A stretch of 64,000 nt of DNA from Bacilli bacterium. GTDB taxonomy: Bacteria > Bacillota_I > Bacilli_A > RF39 > UBA660. Where the stretch lies: NCBI GenBank assembly GCA_017617435.1, contig JAFZWF010000009.1, positions 12,026 through 76,025 on the forward strand, read 5' to 3'. Shown here in pieces: positions 58,913 to 64,000 of the stretch. The notes below the pieces were generated by a model that was not told where the DNA came from, made no database searches, and saw nothing but the letters and a program-made list of their open reading frames with translations. Position 1 is the first letter of the stretch; every line of letters starts with the position of its first letter. Both the position numbers and the translations under genes were made by a program.

Positions 58913-59155
58913 ATGAAAAAAATGTGGGTTGTGTCTCAAAATAAAGAAAAAGTTCTTAATTGCTATGCATTTAATATAACAAGATATTATGCTCAAAAAG
59001 GATATAAGTATGCTATCATGGGAGAGTATGCTCATAGCTTTTGGGGTGGAATTGAAGATGTTGTAAGTCTTTATAAGACTAAAGATGATGCAGTTAAGGA
59101 TTTAGAAAGATTAAATAAAAGTTTAACGAAAGGAGACAAATTGTTTAAGTTTTAA
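58913..59155 (+). CDS. hypothetical small protein
   Basis: ~80 aa, directly upstream of mscL with a 2-nt gap. Start ambiguous (58913 or 58922). Confidence 0.45.
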   Translation: MKKMWVVSQNKEKVLNCYAFNITRYYAQKGYKYAIMGEYAHSFWGGIEDVVSLYKTKDDAVKDLERLNKSLTKGDKLFKF

Positions 59156-59157
59156 TT

Positions 59158-59550
59158 ATGAAAAAAATGGCTAAAGAATTTAAAGAATTTATCAGTAAAG
59201 GTAACGTTATTGATTTAGCTGTTGGTGTTGTAATTGGTAGTGCTTTTGGTGCTATAGTTACATCACTTGTTAATGATATAATTATGCCTTTAGTTGGAAT
59301 TATACTTGGCGGTATTGATTTTACTGCTTTAACACTTAATGTTAAAGACGCAACAATCTGCTATGGACTTTTCATTCAACAGGTAGTTAATTTCTTAATT
59401 ATTGCTTTCTGTATTTTCTTAGTTATTAAGTTTATTAATAGACTTAACAGAAAGAAAACTAAAGAAGAAGCAAAAGAAGAAGCTCCTAAAAAGAGTGAAG
59501 ATGTAATTTTACTTGAAGAAATAAGAGATCTATTAAAAAAGAGAAAATAA
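59158..59550 (+). CDS. mscL: large-conductance mechanosensitive channel
   Basis: [37 protein letters not shown] is canonical MscL. Two TM helices and a charged tail. Confidence 0.9.
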   Translation: MKKMAKEFKEFISKGNVIDLAVGVVIGSAFGAIVTSLVNDIIMPLVGIILGGIDFTALTLNVKDATICYGLFIQQVVNFLIIAFCIFLVIKFINRLNRKKTKEEAKEEAPKKSEDVILLEEIRDLLKKRK

Positions 59551-59593
59551 TCTCTTTTTTAATTGAATAATATATAACATAAGGTGATAAATA

Positions 59594-60418
59594 ATGATTA
59601 TTGAGTTAATAAAAAGTGTTATTTTTGGAATTGTTGAAGGAATAACAGAGTGGCTTCCAATTAGTAGTACAGGTCATATGATACTTTTAAAAAGGTTTTT
59701 ATCTTTAGATGTATCTGCTGATTTTTGGGAAGTATATTTAGTGGTAATTCAGTTGGGAGCAATACTTGCTGTTTGTACTGTTTATTTTAAAAAATTAAAT
59801 TTTTTACTTTATACAAAAAATAAAGAAAAATTTAATAAATCAATAAACATATGGAAAAGAGTTATAGTTGGATGTATTCCAGCAGCTGTTATTGGTTTTT
59901 TACTTGATGATTTTTTGGATAAACATTTTTATAATTTTCCAACAGTTGCTTTAATGCTTATAATTTATGGAATTTTGTTTATTATCGTAGAAAACTACGT
60001 ATCAAATAAAAATGCTAAATGCAATGAAATAACAACAATGAGTTATAAACTTGCTTTATATATTGGTTTATTTCAAGTTCTTGCATTAATCCCTGGAACA
60101 TCTAGAAGTGGAGCAACTATACTAGGTGCATTAATTATTGGTACTAATAGAACAGTAGCTGCTGAATTTACGTTTTATCTTGCAGTGCCTGTTATGGCTG
60201 GAGCAAGTTTATTAAAACTTGTTAAATTTGGATTTGACTTTAGTGGATCTGAGATAGCAATACTACTAACAGGTATGATTGTTGCATATATTGTATCAAT
60301 AATTGCTATTAAATTCTTATTATCTTATATTAAGAAACATGATTTTAAACCATTTGGTGTTTACCGCATTGCTCTTGGGTTAATATTACTTTTATATTAT
60401 TTTTTAACTATTAGGTAA
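59594..60418 (+). CDS. uppP: undecaprenyl-diphosphate phosphatase
   Basis: GIVEGITEWLPISSTGH and PGTSRSGATI motifs of BacA/UppP. Confidence 0.9.
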   Translation: MIIELIKSVIFGIVEGITEWLPISSTGHMILLKRFLSLDVSADFWEVYLVVIQLGAILAVCTVYFKKLNFLLYTKNKEKFNKSINIWKRVIVGCIPAAVIGFLLDDFLDKHFYNFPTVALMLIIYGILFIIVENYVSNKNAKCNEITTMSYKLALYIGLFQVLALIPGTSRSGATILGALIIGTNRTVAAEFTFYLAVPVMAGASLLKLVKFGFDFSGSEIAILLTGMIVAYIVSIIAIKFLLSYIKKHDFKPFGVYRIALGLILLLYYFLTIR

Positions 60419-60487
60419 CCTAATAGTTTTTCTTTTTTTATATTTGTGATATAATGGAAACATAAGTTACCATAAGGGAGGTTTAAG

Positions 60488-61036
60488 ATGGCAAGTATAG
60501 TTACTTTTGAAAAAGAAGATGTAATTGTTAAAGCAAAAGCAATTGTTGCTGCAACAGGATGGGAGTCACTTAATGCTAGAGGTTTAGCAAAGGAACTTAG
60601 TATATCAACTAAACCACTTTATCGTATGTTTGATGGAATGGAAGAAGTAAAAAAAGGTGTTTATGATAATATCTATAAATTTTATGATGAATTTATAACA
60701 TCTCGTATTGATAAAGAAAAAGCATTAATTACATTATGTGTTGCATATATTGAATTTGCTCAGGAACATAAAAATTTATTTAAAACTTTGTTTTTATCGA
60801 ATAACTTAAGTTGGAAATCAATAGATTCTGTACTTGATGAAAAATGGAATCAATCTGCCATTATTAATTTGGTTAATAAGCATGGTTATTCATTTGAAAA
60901 TGCTAAAGTTTTATTCATGCATTTATGGCTTTATTCTAATGGTCTTGCAACTTTATTAGCAACTAATGATATGAAGTTAGATAGTAATGATATCGTAAAA
61001 AGAATTGTTGCTGTTTATAAGGATTTAGTTAAATGA
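60488..61036 (+). CDS. TetR/AcrR-family transcriptional regulator
   Basis: N-terminal HTH region WESLNARGLAKELSISTKPLYRMF, all-helical ~180 aa. ATGA overlap with the hydrogenase gene. Confidence 0.7.
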   Translation: MASIVTFEKEDVIVKAKAIVAATGWESLNARGLAKELSISTKPLYRMFDGMEEVKKGVYDNIYKFYDEFITSRIDKEKALITLCVAYIEFAQEHKNLFKTLFLSNNLSWKSIDSVLDEKWNQSAIINLVNKHGYSFENAKVLFMHLWLYSNGLATLLATNDMKLDSNDIVKRIVAVYKDLVK

Positions 61037-62244
61037 AAAATGAAAGAGTAGAGTTTTTAGATAATCCGTGTATACAAAGAATAGAAGAAAAATGTATTCA
61101 CTGTGGAGTTTGCAAAAAAACATGTGATAGTATTCAAGGAATTGGACCTAATTGCATTAAATGTGGTCAGTGCATTTTAAGCTGTCCAACAGGTGCACTA
61201 GTTCCTAAATATGACTACCAAACAATACTTAATTATCTAAATGATACTGATTATACTTTGGTTATATCTATGGCACCAGCAGCTAGAGTTTCATTAACTA
61301 AAGAATTAAACATAAAAAATGATAACCCAACAAAAAAGGTTGTTGGTATTTTAAAAAGATTAGGTTTTGATTATGTATATGATGTTGCAGTTGGAGCAGA
61401 TTTAACTACGATTGAGGAAGCAACAGAATTTGTTGAAAGATTGGAAAGAAATAATCTTCCACTTATGACTTCTTGCTGCCCTTCATGGAAAAAATATGCT
61501 ATAGAAAACGGTTTAGATAAATATGTATCAAGTACAAAATCACCTATAAAAATGCAAGGTTATCTTATAAAAAATTATTTATCAAAATTCATAAATTTTG
61601 ATAAGAAACTTATTAATGTTATGTTAATGCCTTGCGTTAGTAAAAAAGAAGAAATTATAGATTCAGATGATATTGATTATGTTATAACAACTAGAGAACT
61701 TTTATATATGATTAATGAATCTAAAATAGACCTTGAGACAGTTTGTGAGTGTGAGTTTGATGATTTAGTCGGAAAAGCAACTTCATCTGGTATAATATAC
61801 GGAACTAGCGGTGGTGTTTTATCATCTGTTGTAAGAAGTGCATATTATTTAAAAAATCATAAAGAAATGATTTTAAATTATGATCGAAATAATTTAAATA
61901 ATGAACAATTATCTGTTGAAAACGAGTATGATTTTGGTGATAGAGTAATTAAGACTTTGAGAGTTTCAACTATGAATGAATTAAAAAAAGTAGATATTCA
62001 TAATTATGATCTTATAGAAGTTATGGCGTGCCCTGGTGGATGTATCAATGGTGGTGGTCAACCTCTATCTGCTAGTGGAAGCAATATGGATGATAGGTTA
62101 AGAAAAGCAAATGATTTAATGGACGTTGCTAATTCAAGCAAAGTGTTTGATAGTTTTAGATCAGAAGAAATTGATAATGTTTATAAATATGATATAGGTA
62201 TACCTGGCGGAAAAAATGCACAAAAGAAATTACATGATAATTAA
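61033..62244 (+). CDS. [FeFe]-hydrogenase-like protein (2x[4Fe-4S] + H-cluster domain)
   Basis: Ferredoxin motifs CIHCGVCKKTC and CIKCGQCILSCP. H-cluster motifs TSCCPSW, MPCVSKKEE, VMACPGGCINGGGQP. Confidence 0.8.
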   Translation: MKNERVEFLDNPCIQRIEEKCIHCGVCKKTCDSIQGIGPNCIKCGQCILSCPTGALVPKYDYQTILNYLNDTDYTLVISMAPAARVSLTKELNIKNDNPTKKVVGILKRLGFDYVYDVAVGADLTTIEEATEFVERLERNNLPLMTSCCPSWKKYAIENGLDKYVSSTKSPIKMQGYLIKNYLSKFINFDKKLINVMLMPCVSKKEEIIDSDDIDYVITTRELLYMINESKIDLETVCECEFDDLVGKATSSGIIYGTSGGVLSSVVRSAYYLKNHKEMILNYDRNNLNNEQLSVENEYDFGDRVIKTLRVSTMNELKKVDIHNYDLIEVMACPGGCINGGGQPLSASGSNMDDRLRKANDLMDVANSSKVFDSFRSEEIDNVYKYDIGIPGGKNAQKKLHDN

Positions 62245-62266
62245 TCGTTAAATTATAGGAGGTTTT

Positions 62267-62884
62267 ATGAAAAAAATAATTTGTTATTTATTAGTGTTTG
62301 TACTTTTATTAGTAGGAGGAGTTAATAAGGTAGCTGCTAAAAAAGAAAGTGTTGAAAAAACAGATGATTACAAAGCTACTCTTTATCTATTTAGGTTATC
62401 TGGTTGCCCTCACTGTGCTGATGAGATGGATCATTTATTATTAATTCAAGATCAATATAAAGATAGACTTGATATAGTTGTTTATGATGTAAGTGATAAA
62501 AAAACAATGAAATTAGCAAAGTTAGTTGCAAAAGAACTTGGTTCTAAATATAAGGGAGCACCTTATAATGTTATAGGTAAAAAACAATATGTTGGTTATA
62601 GTGAAACATTTGTTGATGACTTTGATGAGTTCTTAGAAGCAGGTATTGAAGCTAAAGGAAAAGATGTTGTTTCTGAACTACTTAAAAAAGATAAATACAA
62701 AAATGTTAAATCAACTACTCTTGAAGAAGCCATAGAACTAGAAAATAAATATGAAGAGGAAGAAAAAAAGAAATCTTCTAATAGTAATAACAAACAAGAT
62801 AAAGTAATAATTATTATGTTTGTTGGTGCTGTTCTTGCTAGCATTTTAGGTTTTGTAATAAGTACAAAAAGATATGATAAATAA
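62267..62884 (+). CDS. secreted/membrane-anchored thioredoxin-fold protein with CPHC motif
   Basis: Signal peptide, LSGCPHCADE redox motif, acidic/basic linker, C-terminal TM helix. Confidence 0.55.
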   Translation: MKKIICYLLVFVLLLVGGVNKVAAKKESVEKTDDYKATLYLFRLSGCPHCADEMDHLLLIQDQYKDRLDIVVYDVSDKKTMKLAKLVAKELGSKYKGAPYNVIGKKQYVGYSETFVDDFDEFLEAGIEAKGKDVVSELLKKDKYKNVKSTTLEEAIELENKYEEEEKKKSSNSNNKQDKVIIIMFVGAVLASILGFVISTKRYDK

Positions 62885-62992
62885 ATCCATCAAGATGATG
62901 GATTTTTTTATTTTTGAAATGGGTTAAAAAATAACGTCTTTAATTGACAATTATTGACAAAAAATATAATATTATAATAGAGGTAGTGTGTC

Positions 62993-64000
62993 ATGGATAG
63001 CAAGAAAAAAAAGAACTTAGTTTTTATATTATTGTTAATAGCAATTTTATCATCGATTATAGTATGTATTAAGGTAAGAAATATTTCGTATACTAATGAG
63101 ATAGAACTAGCTAAGTATGAAGTTTTTAATCCTGTTTTAGATAATGAAGAAAATATAGAAGGAACTGATTATGTTAAATTTGATGCTTTCTTTTTAAGTG
63201 ATGAAGATAACAATGGTGAAGCTGAAGGTTACCGTGGAATTTCACTTGAAAATAATAAAAGTGAAAAACTATATTTTTCATTACAGGTTAATGGTGATGT
63301 CACACTAAAAAATGCAAGTATTTCATTTATTAATGACAACGTAACTGTAAGTGGTACTGTACCTAAGAGTTCTGCTATTCCAACTTCTTACTATAGTGAT
63401 GATTTTGATACTATAACACTTAGCGATGTAAGTAATGGCGTTAGTTCATTTTTCTTTCTAAATGTAACACCTTCTTTAGATTTAGACTTAAATAAATTTA
63501 GTGGAACTAATAAAGTTGTTTTAACTGGTCAAGTATATGATAATGTTACAGGGGAAACTACAAATATTACTAAAGAAATTAATTACGATGTTAATGTTCA
63601 AACAAATGGAATAATTACTCATTATACAAGAACAAATAGTAGTAGTGAACAAAACTCATTTGTAGTTAATTACAAAGTATATGTTAATGAAGGATATTCA
63701 TCAATGCCACTTCTTGAATCACATATTGAAGGCAGTGTTTCTACACTTCTTGGTGCAAAACCTACAAATGTTGTAATTAGAACTGAAGGTACTCAAAATT
63801 TCACTTCAAGTTTTGATGAAGACAATTTAACATTTAGTGCTACAAAAACAGCGGTTATTGAAGATAATGTAATTGTTGAACCTGCTTATTCATTTAAAAC
63901 TTTAGATAAAAGAATTACACTGTGGTATGTTGATGTTACATATGAAAGAGATGAAGAAGCATCTAATGAATTCGTTTCTTTGTCTGCTTCATCATGGCAC
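62993..64000 (+). CDS. large cell-surface protein, N-terminal part (continues beyond window)
   Basis: Not in the track (no stop). ATG 62993 gives MDSKKKKNLVFILLLIAILSSIIVCIK..., open for all 336 codons to the window end. TM anchor then a beta-rich T/N/S/V sequence. TTGACA/TATAAT-like elements lie upstream. Confidence 0.6.
   Translation, partial: MDSKKKKNLVFILLLIAILSSIIVCIKVRNISYTNEIELAKYEVFNPVLDNEENIEGTDYVKFDAFFLSDEDNNGEAEGYRGISLENNKSEKLYFSLQVNGDVTLKNASISFINDNVTVSGTVPKSSAIPTSYYSDDFDTITLSDVSNGVSSFFFLNVTPSLDLDLNKFSGTNKVVLTGQVYDNVTGETTNITKEINYDVNVQTNGIITHYTRTNSSSEQNSFVVNYKVYVNEGYSSMPLLESHIEGSVSTLLGAKPTNVVIRTEGTQNFTSSFDEDNLTFSATKTAVIEDNVIVEPAYSFKTLDKRITLWYVDVTYERDEEASNEFVSLSASSWH

Overview
Very AT-rich (about a quarter G+C by eye), standard genetic code (TGA ends ORFs). 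This is a Firmicute/Bacillota chromosome segment centred on the replication origin. Left of ~15.1 kb nearly all genes are on the minus strand: mntP/ytaF-like, spoIIR, prmC, prfA, rpoE, argS, DUF1934, a noc-like parB paralogue, rsmG, mnmG, mnmE, jag, yidC, rnpA, rpmH. A DnaA-box cluster (15.18-15.35 kb) and the AT-rich dnaA-dnaN spacer mark a bipartite oriC. Right of it genes run on the plus strand: dnaA, dnaN, comK-like, recF, gyrB, gyrA, two parS sites, a miniature SRP RNA, tadA, dnaX, ybaB, recR, bofA, holB, yaaT, trmN6-like, pth, mfd, (ppa antisense), spoVT, T-box-metG, tatD, 3D-domain protein, rsmA, yabG, veg, spoVG, yabP, yabQ, divIC, nrdG, two degenerate ecfA-like genes, truA, rplM, rpsI. 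From ~44.4 kb the content looks more accessory. It holds a split Alg14/Alg13-like plus GT4 glycosyltransferase cluster, an Abi_2 abortive-infection gene, a LysM amidase, cwlJ-like, tRNA-Trp, a mini-kinase, an I42-type inhibitor, mscL, uppP, a TetR-[FeFe]-hydrogenase pair and the start of a large surface protein. The many sporulation genes indicate an endospore-former with B. subtilis-like origin synteny. The observations most worth a second look are listed here. (1) There are four perfect copies of the 16-bp Noc-binding-site palindrome. (2) The Noc-type ParB protein lacks the N-terminal membrane helix and carries a ~280-aa acidic insert. (3) Tandem parS sites occur with no soj-spo0J in the canonical place. 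(4) Catalytically dead EcfA1/EcfA2 relics sit upstream of truA-rplM-rpsI. I found no CRISPR array, IS element, integrase, prophage or rRNA operon, and no convincing novel multi-gene system. Most of the window is ordinary core genome. All calls rest on reading translations and motifs from memory; no database search or computation beyond hand counting was possible.
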